In this document: positions 19,039 through 27,749 of the stretch, in pieces
How positions within the stretch are numbered: the stretch's first letter is position 1
How the letters are laid out: each line of letters opens with the position of its first letter
NCBI GenBank assembly: GCA_965197475.1
Contig: CBDANF010000003.1
Span: 1,952,001-2,016,000 of the forward strand
Length of the DNA stretch: 64,000 nucleotides
Source of the DNA: Candidatus Poribacteria bacterium
GTDB lineage: Bacteria > Poribacteria > WGA-4E > WGA-3G
Direction of reading: 5' to 3'
The notes under the pieces: model-generated
What the model was told of the DNA's origin: nothing
Databases searched by the model: none
The model's input: the letters and a program-made list of their open reading frames with translations, nothing else
Made by a program: the position numbers and the translations under genes

Positions 19039-20129
19039 CAGGACTTACGCAATAATCTACAATTATGTTATACTGTTCTATTATGACTACATTTACACTT
19101 TCTAAAAAGAAGCACCACTTATTTTCTGATTATTGTCAATTTTTGTTAGCGAGTTTCACTAATTTTACACAAACCTATTTTGCAAACCATACGGAGAAGT
19201 GGAGCCATGATCAACTCAATCGTTTCCTGAGAAACGAAAACATTCCTTCAAGCGAACTCTGGGAATCTGTCAAAGACGACATTGCGTTTGATAAAGATGG
19301 ATACCTTATCTTTGACGATGTTGTGCTGTCAAAAATATATTCAAAACTGATTGAAGCTGCCTACCCTCAATGGAGTGGTAGCGACAAAAAGGTCATTGAA
19401 GGCATCGGTATTGTCACGTGTGTCTATGTTAACCCAAAGACACACGAGTATTGGATCATTGATTACCGCATTTTTGACAAAGACCCTGATGGTAAATCCA
19501 AAATTGATCATTTACTTGATATGTTGCACGATGCTTACTTCAAGAAACAACTCTCGTTTCGGACAGTGCTAATGGATGCTTGGTATGTATCCATGAAAGT
19601 AATGAAAGCGATTGCGGCACTTTCCAAGGTCTACTATGCGCCCCTGAAACGAAACAGGCTTGTAAATGATACGGATGGTGTTGAACCGCACCAGCAAGTC
19701 CAAGATTTATCTTGGTCTCCATCAGAAACGACACAAGGCAAACGCGTGCATATCAAAAGGTTTCCAAAAGGGTATCAAGTGAAGTTGTTCCGGATTGTGT
19801 CTGATACAGGACGCACGGAATATATTGTGACAAACGATTTATCTCAATCGGATGCGAAAGCGACAAAACAACAGTGTCGGGTTCGCTGGAAGATTGAGCA
19901 ACTTCATCGTGAAATCAAACAATTAACCGGTATTGACAAATGTCAATGCCGCAAACTGCGTGCCCAACGAAACCATATTGCGTGTTGTTTCCAGGTCTGG
20001 GTCTGCTTGAAGCGTGCTGCCCGGAAAATCACTCAAACGATTTACGAACTCAAACAAAGTTTATTGGATGATTACGGACGACATCAACTCTCTAATCCTT
20101 CAATAATCTTCAAAACTGCGTAAGTCCTG
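19039..20129 (+). mobile_element. IS701-family insertion sequence
   Basis: Perfect 13-bp TIR CAGGACTTACGCA / TGCGTAAGTCCTG; GTTTTT on both flanks (19033-19038, 20130-20135). Confidence 0.9.
19065..20123 (+). CDS. IS701-family DDE transposase
   Basis: SHD..NRFL, LIFDD, VLMDAWY, YIVTND, RWKIEQLHREIKQ motifs. Confidence 0.92.
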   Translation: MLYCSIMTTFTLSKKKHHLFSDYCQFLLASFTNFTQTYFANHTEKWSHDQLNRFLRNENIPSSELWESVKDDIAFDKDGYLIFDDVVLSKIYSKLIEAAYPQWSGSDKKVIEGIGIVTCVYVNPKTHEYWIIDYRIFDKDPDGKSKIDHLLDMLHDAYFKKQLSFRTVLMDAWYVSMKVMKAIAALSKVYYAPLKRNRLVNDTDGVEPHQQVQDLSWSPSETTQGKRVHIKRFPKGYQVKLFRIVSDTGRTEYIVTNDLSQSDAKATKQQCRVRWKIEQLHREIKQLTGIDKCQCRKLRAQRNHIACCFQVWVCLKRAARKITQTIYELKQSLLDDYGRHQLSNPSIIFKTA

Positions 20130-20225
20130 GTTTTTGTACAGGTATGAATTGGAAAGATGTTACAAGTTTACCCAAAAATGGTATCCTATCCTAATAAATT
20201 ATGAACAAAATAGGAGAGGATACCG

Positions 20226-21545
20226 ATGTTTAGTATATCATTAGAGCGTTGTGAAGTCAAAGCGTTTGAAGGCGTATTTCAGAAGTTTGTAGAAGAATTC
20301 AACGATTTTGCGGGAGAGATGTTTTCCGATCCGTGTATACCGTTAGAAGAAGCGGAGTTTCGTGTATTTGAGGCATCTCGTTCGTGGTGTCAAAAGTTTT
20401 TAGAGATATTTATTTCTCAAAAAGCGAGTGAACAGTCTGGTGAACCTGTTGAATGTCCCGAACATCAGGAAGCGTGTCGTCCGTGGTGTAAAAGAGAGCG
20501 GCGTATTACGACCTTGTGTGGTGTTATCCGTGTAAAACGTTGGGTGTATCGTTGTCCTTGTGGTCATAATCATGTGCCGTTTGATACCAAACAGAAGTTG
20601 CGAGGTCAATGGACGCATCGTGTTGCTGAGGCGATGTGTCGTTTGGCGGCACTTCTTGACTTTAGAGAAGCGTCAGAAGAGTTATCTCGTCAGGGAATAG
20701 AAGTCCGCCACACGACACTTCATCAAAAAGTGTGTGAGTGGTCAGAAGATTTGAGCGTTTGTGAACAAGTGGAAACCCAAAAGCTTGTAGAAAATCAGCG
20801 ATGGTATGTGAGTTGTGATGGCTGTCGGACGAACTCACTGGATGGTTGGAAAGAAGTAAAAGTTGGTTGTATTTATAGGGATTATCCGCAACAAGGTTCT
20901 GGGGCGATACCGAGTGCCAGAACATCCAGTATCCGTTATGTTGCGTCTCGTCCTGATGTGGCACATTTTGGTAAAGAGTTGTTTGCGTTAGCGACAAACA
21001 GCGGTATCTATCAAGAAGCTATAGATACCCAGGAGATTGTGTTTATTGGCGATGGTGCTGCGTGGATATGGAACTTAGCCGATGAATACTTCCCCAATGC
21101 GGTTGAGATTGTGGATTACAGGCAGGCCAAATCTCATCTGTATGATGTTGCCAAACACGCATTTGGTGAGACTGAAATAGAAGCGATTGGTGCGTGGATA
21201 AAAGCGACGGAACCGCATCTTTTTGATGGCCACATCACAGAAGTGGTCGCACGCATCCGCACCTTAGGAGCACAGAACCCGGAAGTTTCGGATATTTTAG
21301 AAAGAGAAGCGAAGTATTTTGAAAAACACGCGAAGCGTATGCGGTATCAAGCGTTTAGAGAAAAAGGATATCAGATTGGCAGTGGTGTGATTGAGAGTGC
21401 CTGTAAACATGTTATCGGGCAAAGATGTAAACAGGCTTCTATGAGGCGGGAGAAACCGGGTATCAACGCTGTACTTGGGTGGCGATGTTTGTATAAGAAT
21501 AATGCTTGGGATAGTTATTGGTATCTAAACACAAAAGCCGCATAA
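20226..21545 (+). CDS. ISKra4/ISLre2-family transposase
   Basis: VSCDG, WKEVKVG, FIGDGAAWIWN, IGSGVIESACKHVI..R.K motifs. Confidence 0.9.
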   Translation: MFSISLERCEVKAFEGVFQKFVEEFNDFAGEMFSDPCIPLEEAEFRVFEASRSWCQKFLEIFISQKASEQSGEPVECPEHQEACRPWCKRERRITTLCGVIRVKRWVYRCPCGHNHVPFDTKQKLRGQWTHRVAEAMCRLAALLDFREASEELSRQGIEVRHTTLHQKVCEWSEDLSVCEQVETQKLVENQRWYVSCDGCRTNSLDGWKEVKVGCIYRDYPQQGSGAIPSARTSSIRYVASRPDVAHFGKELFALATNSGIYQEAIDTQEIVFIGDGAAWIWNLADEYFPNAVEIVDYRQAKSHLYDVAKHAFGETEIEAIGAWIKATEPHLFDGHITEVVARIRTLGAQNPEVSDILEREAKYFEKHAKRMRYQAFREKGYQIGSGVIESACKHVIGQRCKQASMRREKPGINAVLGWRCLYKNNAWDSYWYLNTKAA

Positions 21546-21571
21546 TCTTTGTACAAAAACTTTACACACCC

Positions 21572-21740
21572 CTGCCCGAAACCGAAACTCTCCTTGGACA
21601 AGATATTCAACTATATCCTCTATGTTTTACATACGGGTATTCAATGGAATCAACTCCGAACCCGGTGTCCTGAACTCCATTGGTCTAATATCTATAAATG
21701 GCATAATCGGTGGTCAAAAGATGGCTCGTATCAGAGCCAT
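21572..21740 (+). pseudogene. IS5-family transposase N-terminal fragment
   Basis: PKLSLDKIFNYILYVLHTGIQWNQL...WSNIYKWHNRWSKDG (DUF4096-like), cut at the ISKra4 right end and truncated at its 3' side. Confidence 0.8.
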
Positions 21741-21825
21741 TTTAATTTGGTTTTCGGCATGATATGTGGTATCATTTAAAGAGAAAATCATTTATCATTT
21801 CACGAGTCACTATAGGAGGTTTTTA

Positions 21826-22290
21826 ATGGCAGAAATAGGAAAAGCTGCTCCAGATTTCAATTTATCAGGATCTACAGATCAGGAAGATACAGATGTTGCG
21901 TTGGCTGATTTTGAAGGGAAAAAACTCGTAGTTTTGTTTTATCCACTCGATTTTTCACCTGTGTGTTCGGAGCAAGTTCCAGATTTTAATGAGAACTTAG
22001 ATGCTATCCGTGCAAAAGGTGCGGATGTCATCGCTATTAATCGCGACTCAACGTTTGCACACAAAGCATGGAGTGCGGCACTCGGTGGTATCGGTTTCCC
22101 GCTACTCTCAGATATGAATCTTGAAGTATCAAAACAATATGGAATGGCACTTGAAGAAGTCGGTATAACGACGCGCGGCGTTTTTATTATTGACGGAACA
22201 GGTAAAGTAGCCTTCAAACACGTTGAAGATGCACCACCAGACAATACACTGACAGCAGAACAGGTCTTAAGCGAACTTGACAAACTTTAA
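21826..22290 (+). CDS. Peroxiredoxin (AhpC/TSA redoxin, single Cys)
   Basis: APDF.L, FYPLDFSPVC, FPLLSD, RGVFIID; ATG 21826 after AGGAGG. Confidence 0.92.
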   Translation: MAEIGKAAPDFNLSGSTDQEDTDVALADFEGKKLVVLFYPLDFSPVCSEQVPDFNENLDAIRAKGADVIAINRDSTFAHKAWSAALGGIGFPLLSDMNLEVSKQYGMALEEVGITTRGVFIIDGTGKVAFKHVEDAPPDNTLTAEQVLSELDKL

Positions 22291-22498
22291 GCGACATTCT
22301 GACACCTAACGGTGGCGAAGGCGGGTAAGCAGATTGCCCGTCTTCTGTTATCTTATTTATGGTGTGTTATTCTTAGTAGAATGCTTTAGAAAACAGAAAT
22401 TCTCATGGGATCGGACACATAGCGAATCTTGTCATTATTAAGACATCATTGACAGTGCTTTTGCCAAAATATTATACACCGTTTTTGCATCTTTTATC

Positions 22499-22528
22499 TT
22501 GACAAACCCCTATCAGGTATAGTATAAT
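22499..22528 (+). promoter_or_regulatory. Sigma70 promoter of tRNA-Gly
   Basis: TTGACA-18-TATAAT, 12 nt before the tRNA. Confidence 0.75.
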
Positions 22529-22540
22529 TGTCTAAAGGGT

Positions 22541-22612
22541 GCGGGTGTAGCTCAGCGGTAGAGCATCAGCTTCCCAAGCTGAGGGTCGCGGGTTCAAGTC
22601 CCGTCACCCGCT
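22541..22612 (+). tRNA. tRNA-Gly(CCC)
   Basis: GCGGGTG/CACCCGC acceptor stem, TCAGC-TTCCCAA-GCTGA anticodon arm, GGTTCAAGTCC T arm; no encoded CCA. Confidence 0.97.
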
Positions 22613-22640
22613 TGAATGTGAATAAGATACCGAGGAAATC

Positions 22641-23804
22641 ATGGCGCAAAACAAACGATTGACCAAAGAGGAAATCCAAGAAGACAAATTTATTGAATTT
22701 GTTCTGAAATTTTACACTTTTCTGAAGGGTAATGTTAGAACTATCAGCATCACACTTGCAGTTATCACTGTCGGTGTGGTTGGCTATTTAGTTTACACAC
22801 AAAATCAGGAAAAAACACACGCAGAAGCTGCTGCGAACTTCTCTAAGGCTACCGAAACTTTTAAAGAAGCTGAAACCAGTTTTTTAGATGTTTCTGCACC
22901 CAGCGAAAGTGAAGATGACACTGACGATGAAGCGAACGCAGAAAAAACTACCTTTCCAGATGCTGAGGAGAAACTGCAGTTAATTATTGAGAAATACCCG
23001 AATACTGCCTTTGCTGACAAAGCACGATTTACTTATGCAAAAAGCCTCTATTATCAAGGCAAATATCCTGAAGCACGCACGGAATTTGAAAAAGTTATTA
23101 AAACGCATAAGCCTGAAAATGAGATTTACGCGTTGTATGCACAGAAGGCAATAGGCAATTGCTACGAACAGGAGGGAGACTACGCAAAAGCGATTGAGAC
23201 TTATGAGACGAGGGAATTTCAATTTCCTAAGACATCTCAAATTTCCCCCGAAATTCGTCAGTTTGTTATCACCAATGCCAAGTACAATCAAGCACTTTGT
23301 CATGAAAAATTGAATGCTGTGGAAGATGCGAAGGCAGCTTACCAAGAGATTATTGACGAGTTTCAGAAAACGCTTGATTTCGGAATTGAGCAGAGAAGCC
23401 AGGATCTGATTGAAGATGCAAGAGAAGTACTTGTAGTTATTGATGAACCCCTTGAACTCACAAAAGCTGAGCAGTTGGAAAAGGAAGAGCTTTACTATGA
23501 AGCACTCATAGCATATACAGATGCAATTCGCACTTATAAAGTGAAAAAAGATATCGGTGGCGGATTGTTACCGGATGTGCGAAAACGTATCCGTAGTTTT
23601 GAAGATGTTGCCACTACGATCATCGGCAACGTACAATCAGCCCGCAAGTCTCAAAAATCTGGATACCAAAGTTCGGCACTGAATAGTTATGACCAGGTTG
23701 TGGGCTTTGATAAATTCGGATTAAGCCGTGATCTCTATGAGAATGCTCTTCTCAACTACGAACGTCTCTCAATTGCTGTAAAAAAGGAGTCAAATGAAAA
23801 ATAA
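22641..23804 (+). CDS. Membrane-anchored TPR protein (YfgM-like N-terminus)
   Basis: LTKEEIQEDKF N-terminus, one TM helix, then TPR helices (KYPNT, GKYPEA, GDYAKA). Confidence 0.8.
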   Translation: MAQNKRLTKEEIQEDKFIEFVLKFYTFLKGNVRTISITLAVITVGVVGYLVYTQNQEKTHAEAAANFSKATETFKEAETSFLDVSAPSESEDDTDDEANAEKTTFPDAEEKLQLIIEKYPNTAFADKARFTYAKSLYYQGKYPEARTEFEKVIKTHKPENEIYALYAQKAIGNCYEQEGDYAKAIETYETREFQFPKTSQISPEIRQFVITNAKYNQALCHEKLNAVEDAKAAYQEIIDEFQKTLDFGIEQRSQDLIEDAREVLVVIDEPLELTKAEQLEKEELYYEALIAYTDAIRTYKVKKDIGGGLLPDVRKRIRSFEDVATTIIGNVQSARKSQKSGYQSSALNSYDQVVGFDKFGLSRDLYENALLNYERLSIAVKKESNEK

Positions 23805-24810
23805 AAACAGTTTCTTTTTTATTAGTACCGCTGAAACCGTAAGCCTGTTAGGTTTTGGACTAATTTTTGTGCTTCTCTGTCTACCTTTCATCGTACATGC
23901 TGAGCTTACAGGACGTATCGCTTATTCTGTCAGAGGTTTCAATGAACAACTTGGAAGATTTGATTACAACCTGCACACGACTGCTTTCACTCCAAACGGA
24001 GATTTTAAGACGACACCTTTGAACCAACCCGGACTATACGCAGTATGGGGACCAGAAGATGACATGCTCTACTTTGTCCAGCGTGTGGACACTGACTCAC
24101 ACATCTTTTCTATTGATGTAAATAGACCCGGGAAAAAGACGCAGCTTACGGAGATTGGTGGTACTTATCGGTTCCTTGCCGTTTCGCCAAATGGAAAGAA
24201 ACTTGCTTTTAACGGATATACAAAAGATCAGCTACAAACAGAAAACCAAATTTGGGTAATGGATCTTGATACAGGCGAAATGGAGGTAATGACAGCAATA
24301 CCGCATCCCGGAAGAAACTTCTTTTTTGAAGGAATCTCTTGGGGACCTACCAGCAAAAAACTGGTGTTTTCACTTGAAAGACCAGGTGGCCTGCACCAAC
24401 TCTTTCTCTTGAATATTGAAACGAAAGAGATAGAAGTATTAACTAATGTCAATAATGATTTTTATCCTGTGTGGTCACCTGATGGGCAGAAGATTCTGTT
24501 CCGAAGATGGGACAGAGAATTTGACACAATGTATACAATTGATGTTGAAACAAGAGCAATAACACCACTTTTTGACATGGATAAAAATGCTGGCAGGTGG
24601 ACAGACTGGTCATTCGATTCACAATCAATTCTCTACTCTTTCTGGGGATCGTTTTATCTGTACGAATTTGGTGCTGGAAGGGCAGAAAAATTGTTTGAAG
24701 TGGACGGTGGCATTTTTGGAATTTCTTGGTGGGAACATGAAGTGCTGCCTGTTGAACCTAAACAGAAATTAACTACAACTTGGGGAGATGTCAAACGCAC
24801 TTTGAGATAA
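23794..24810 (+). CDS. TolB-like beta-propeller protein with C-terminal VEPxxKLTTTWGxxK motif
   Basis: Hydrophobic signal ending VHA; SPNGKKLAF and PVWSPDGQKILF PD40-type repeats; tail VLPVEPKQKLTTTWGDVKRTLR. Confidence 0.85.
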   Translation: MKNKNSFFFISTAETVSLLGFGLIFVLLCLPFIVHAELTGRIAYSVRGFNEQLGRFDYNLHTTAFTPNGDFKTTPLNQPGLYAVWGPEDDMLYFVQRVDTDSHIFSIDVNRPGKKTQLTEIGGTYRFLAVSPNGKKLAFNGYTKDQLQTENQIWVMDLDTGEMEVMTAIPHPGRNFFFEGISWGPTSKKLVFSLERPGGLHQLFLLNIETKEIEVLTNVNNDFYPVWSPDGQKILFRRWDREFDTMYTIDVETRAITPLFDMDKNAGRWTDWSFDSQSILYSFWGSFYLYEFGAGRAEKLFEVDGGIFGISWWEHEVLPVEPKQKLTTTWGDVKRTLR

Positions 24811-24850
24811 GAGTTTTATGGGTGCCTCTGGCACCAAGAATCTTTATATT

Positions 24851-24990
24851 AACGTGAGTTCGATAATAAGATCCAAATGTAGATGTAGGTTGGGTAGAGC
24901 GCAGCGAAACCCAACAACTCAACCGTTGGGTGTGAAATAGTTGGGTTTCACGTTGTTCTACCAACCTACGGTATTTGTCAAACTCACGTT
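24851..24990. mobile_element. MITE (TIR AACGTGAGTT) carrying an inverted GTAG REP pair
   Basis: 5-bp TSD ATATT; internal GTAGGTTGGGTAGAGCGCAGCGAAACCCAAC ... GTTGGGTTTCACGTTGTTCTACCAACCTAC. Confidence 0.9.
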
Positions 24991-25096
24991 ATATTATCCT
25001 TTCTATTCTTAATTCATCTCAAATACATTTGACAGAGCTCTCCACATATCGTAGCGAGAGGTTCTTATACCTCGCAGCTTTTTCTTTATGAGATAA

Positions 25097-25186
25097 TACC
25101 AAATTAACGGGATTTGTCCTATTTTCCGGACGGTAGGTGCGGTTTCCTAACCGCACACTCTTGATTGGAATGAAGTTAATTTGGTA
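25097..25186. mobile_element. MITE (TIR TACCAAATTAAC) with a GTAG REP hairpin
   Basis: Perfect 12-bp TIR; internal GTAGGTGCGGTTTCCTAACCGCAC. Confidence 0.8.
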
Positions 25187-25235
25187 TAACTTCTAAATAA
25201 GACTTGTCATCACAAGAAAAAAGAAGGTCAGAGCA

Positions 25236-27698
25236 ATGCTGCCTAACGTGGAAAAAGCCTTAGAATACGATAAACTCAAACTCCTTATAAAAAATTATAC
25301 CACTTCAGGGTTGGGAAATGCTCGGGTGGACAAGCTTGCACCGTCGGATTCACCGGATACCGTCCATAACCTATTGAAGTTATGTTCCGAGGTGAAAACC
25401 TTTCACCAATGGTCCGGCGGGATATCGTTAGATGGATTAATGGATATCAGTGATATACTTCGGCATGCTTCCAAAACAGGTGCTATCTTAGAACCGCAGG
25501 AGTTCCTAAATATTGCAAAGGTAGCACGAATTCCATCTGTGATAAAAAAGAAATTCAGGAATCAGGATCGTAATGAGGTTCCTCGATTGCGATCTATTAT
25601 AGACGCGCTGCCTATTTTTGACGAACTCATTGAATCTATTGCCTCCTGCATCAGTTATGAAGGAACTGTACTTGACCAGGCAAGCCCTGAATTACGTTCT
25701 ATTCGACGCAAACTTCTAAGAATTCGTGAAAATATTCTTGAAAAATTGGAAGCGATCCTCCGTTCTCCTGATCACCAAAAATCAATTCAGGAATCAGTTA
25801 TTACCTCTCGAAACAACCGTTATGTAATTCCTATCAGGCAAGATGCCAAGCCGTTTTTCAGTGGTGTTGTTCAAGGTCAGTCCACCAGCGGTGCAACATA
25901 TTTTATGGAACCGTTGGCAATAGTTGAAATGAACAACGATCTTCATGAAACCGTTGAAGCCGAACAACGTGAGATTCGTAGAATTCTCTTGGATTTAACG
26001 GACCAACTTCGTGAACGGCTTACCGATTTTGAACTTGCACTTGACATACTTGCAGAACTTGACTTTTTAAACGCAAAAGCCCGATTTAGTCTGGCACTAA
26101 ATGCTGTCGAACCAAAATTAAATGTGAACGGCGTTGTTAATCTCTTAGAAGCACGACATCCTCTACTTGAATTCCAAACGCTCGCAAATATCCAATCTAA
26201 AAAACAGAAAAAAACAGAACTTGACAATACAGCAGATTCTTCAGAGCATAATCCGAAACATAAACCCCCTATAAAAGTTGTTCCCACAAATGTCCGCGTT
26301 GGAAAAGACTTTAAAACACTTGTTATCACCGGTCCGAATACAGGAGGCAAAACAGTTGTCCTCAAAACAGTAGGATTATTGTGTATGATGGCACAATCTG
26401 GCTTGCATATTCCGGCAGCACACGGTAGCGAACTTCCCATTTTTCATCACATTTTTGCCGATATCGGTGACGATCAGAACATTGAACAGAATCTCAGCAC
26501 TTTTTCCTCACATATAACGAAAATTGCAGAGATGCTGAAGTCAATTGAAGATTCTGCATCAACACACGCGTTAGTATTATTGGATGAAGTTGGTGCGGGG
26601 ACTGATCCGACCGAAGGAACTGCACTCGGTATGGCAATCTTAACCTGGCTAAGCGAACGAAATGTCAGCACGATTGTTACAACACATTATAGTGCACTTA
26701 AGGCTTATACCCACACGCAGAACAACATGGAAAACGCTTCAATGGAATTTGATTGGAGCACGTTACGACCAACATATCGACTGAAGATAGGTGTTCCCGG
26801 CAGTAGTAACGCAATCAAAATTGCCGAACAACTCGGTCTCCCAGAACGTATTCTCACTGACGCAGAAAATAACTTAGGCAGTAATAACATCGCTGTAGAA
26901 GACCTGCTAATCCAATTGCAGCAAACACAACATAAATTGGATACAGAACGTGAACAACTTCATGAGAAGATTCGCCTCACAGAAATAGAATATCAAAAAC
27001 ATAAAGTACTTATTGAAACATTTGAGGTTGAACAGAAAACACTTCAACAAAACGCAGAAAAAGAGGCGTTGGAAATCGTTTCCGATGCGCGCCGAACGGT
27101 AGATAACGTCGTCGCTGATATACGTCAAGATCAAGCCTCAAAAGCCAGTATTCGCGAAGCATTCTCAAAAATCGAAACCGCTAAAAAACAACTGAAGCCT
27201 GCCCCACCCAAAAAACGACAGAAAAAACCCAAACCCAACGTCAATATTGGCGACAAAGCCCGAATTATACAGTTAAATCGATTCGGAGAGGTCACTGCAA
27301 TTAATAAGCAGAGCAATACCCCTTTGCAGATACGTGTTGGTAGCATGCAAATGCAGCTATCCTACAACGATATTGACTCGGTTTTGCCGAAAAAAGAGTC
27401 TCAACATCTCACTGGATCTGTGCTGGACATTCAATACAACAAAGCAAATTCTGTTAAAGATGAACTCTCTATTCACGGCATGCTTGTTAAAGAAGGGTTA
27501 GACATCACTGATAAATATCTGGATGATGCGTACCTTGCAGGATTATTAACCGTTAGGATACTTCATGGGAAAGGGACTGGTGCTCTACGTAGTGCAGTTC
27601 GCAAGGCATTGGATGTGAATCCACTCGTCGTTGATTATCAATACGCTCCACATAGTGAAGGTGGAGAGGGTGTAACAGTCGTTAAATTCAAAGAATAA
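25236..27698 (+). CDS. mutS2: Endonuclease MutS2
   Basis: ARHPLL, ITGPNTGGKT, ADIGDDQNIEQNLSTFSSH, LLDEVGAGTDP, C-terminal Smr domain (ILHGKGTGALR). Confidence 0.97.
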   Translation: MLPNVEKALEYDKLKLLIKNYTTSGLGNARVDKLAPSDSPDTVHNLLKLCSEVKTFHQWSGGISLDGLMDISDILRHASKTGAILEPQEFLNIAKVARIPSVIKKKFRNQDRNEVPRLRSIIDALPIFDELIESIASCISYEGTVLDQASPELRSIRRKLLRIRENILEKLEAILRSPDHQKSIQESVITSRNNRYVIPIRQDAKPFFSGVVQGQSTSGATYFMEPLAIVEMNNDLHETVEAEQREIRRILLDLTDQLRERLTDFELALDILAELDFLNAKARFSLALNAVEPKLNVNGVVNLLEARHPLLEFQTLANIQSKKQKKTELDNTADSSEHNPKHKPPIKVVPTNVRVGKDFKTLVITGPNTGGKTVVLKTVGLLCMMAQSGLHIPAAHGSELPIFHHIFADIGDDQNIEQNLSTFSSHITKIAEMLKSIEDSASTHALVLLDEVGAGTDPTEGTALGMAILTWLSERNVSTIVTTHYSALKAYTHTQNNMENASMEFDWSTLRPTYRLKIGVPGSSNAIKIAEQLGLPERILTDAENNLGSNNIAVEDLLIQLQQTQHKLDTEREQLHEKIRLTEIEYQKHKVLIETFEVEQKTLQQNAEKEALEIVSDARRTVDNVVADIRQDQASKASIREAFSKIETAKKQLKPAPPKKRQKKPKPNVNIGDKARIIQLNRFGEVTAINKQSNTPLQIRVGSMQMQLSYNDIDSVLPKKESQHLTGSVLDIQYNKANSVKDELSIHGMLVKEGLDITDKYLDDAYLAGLLTVRILHGKGTGALRSAVRKALDVNPLVVDYQYAPHSEGGEGVTVVKFKE

Positions 27699-27749
27699 GG
27701 TCGCAGTTTTCCCACTGGAATGATGGACATACTAATTTAGAGGCACGTC

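Larger units (their letters stand above)
18028..21571 (+). mobile_element. ISKra4/ISLre2-type element with two IS nested in its left TIR
   Basis: Removing both nested IS and one TSD copy of each rebuilds GGGTGTGTAAAGTTTTTGTACA, the exact inverse of TGTACAAAAACTTTACACACCC at 21550-21571. Confidence 0.88.

Noticed and set aside
21549-21779. 76-aa ORF as a real gene
   Set aside because: Chimera of the ISKra4 right TIR and an IS5 transposase fragment.
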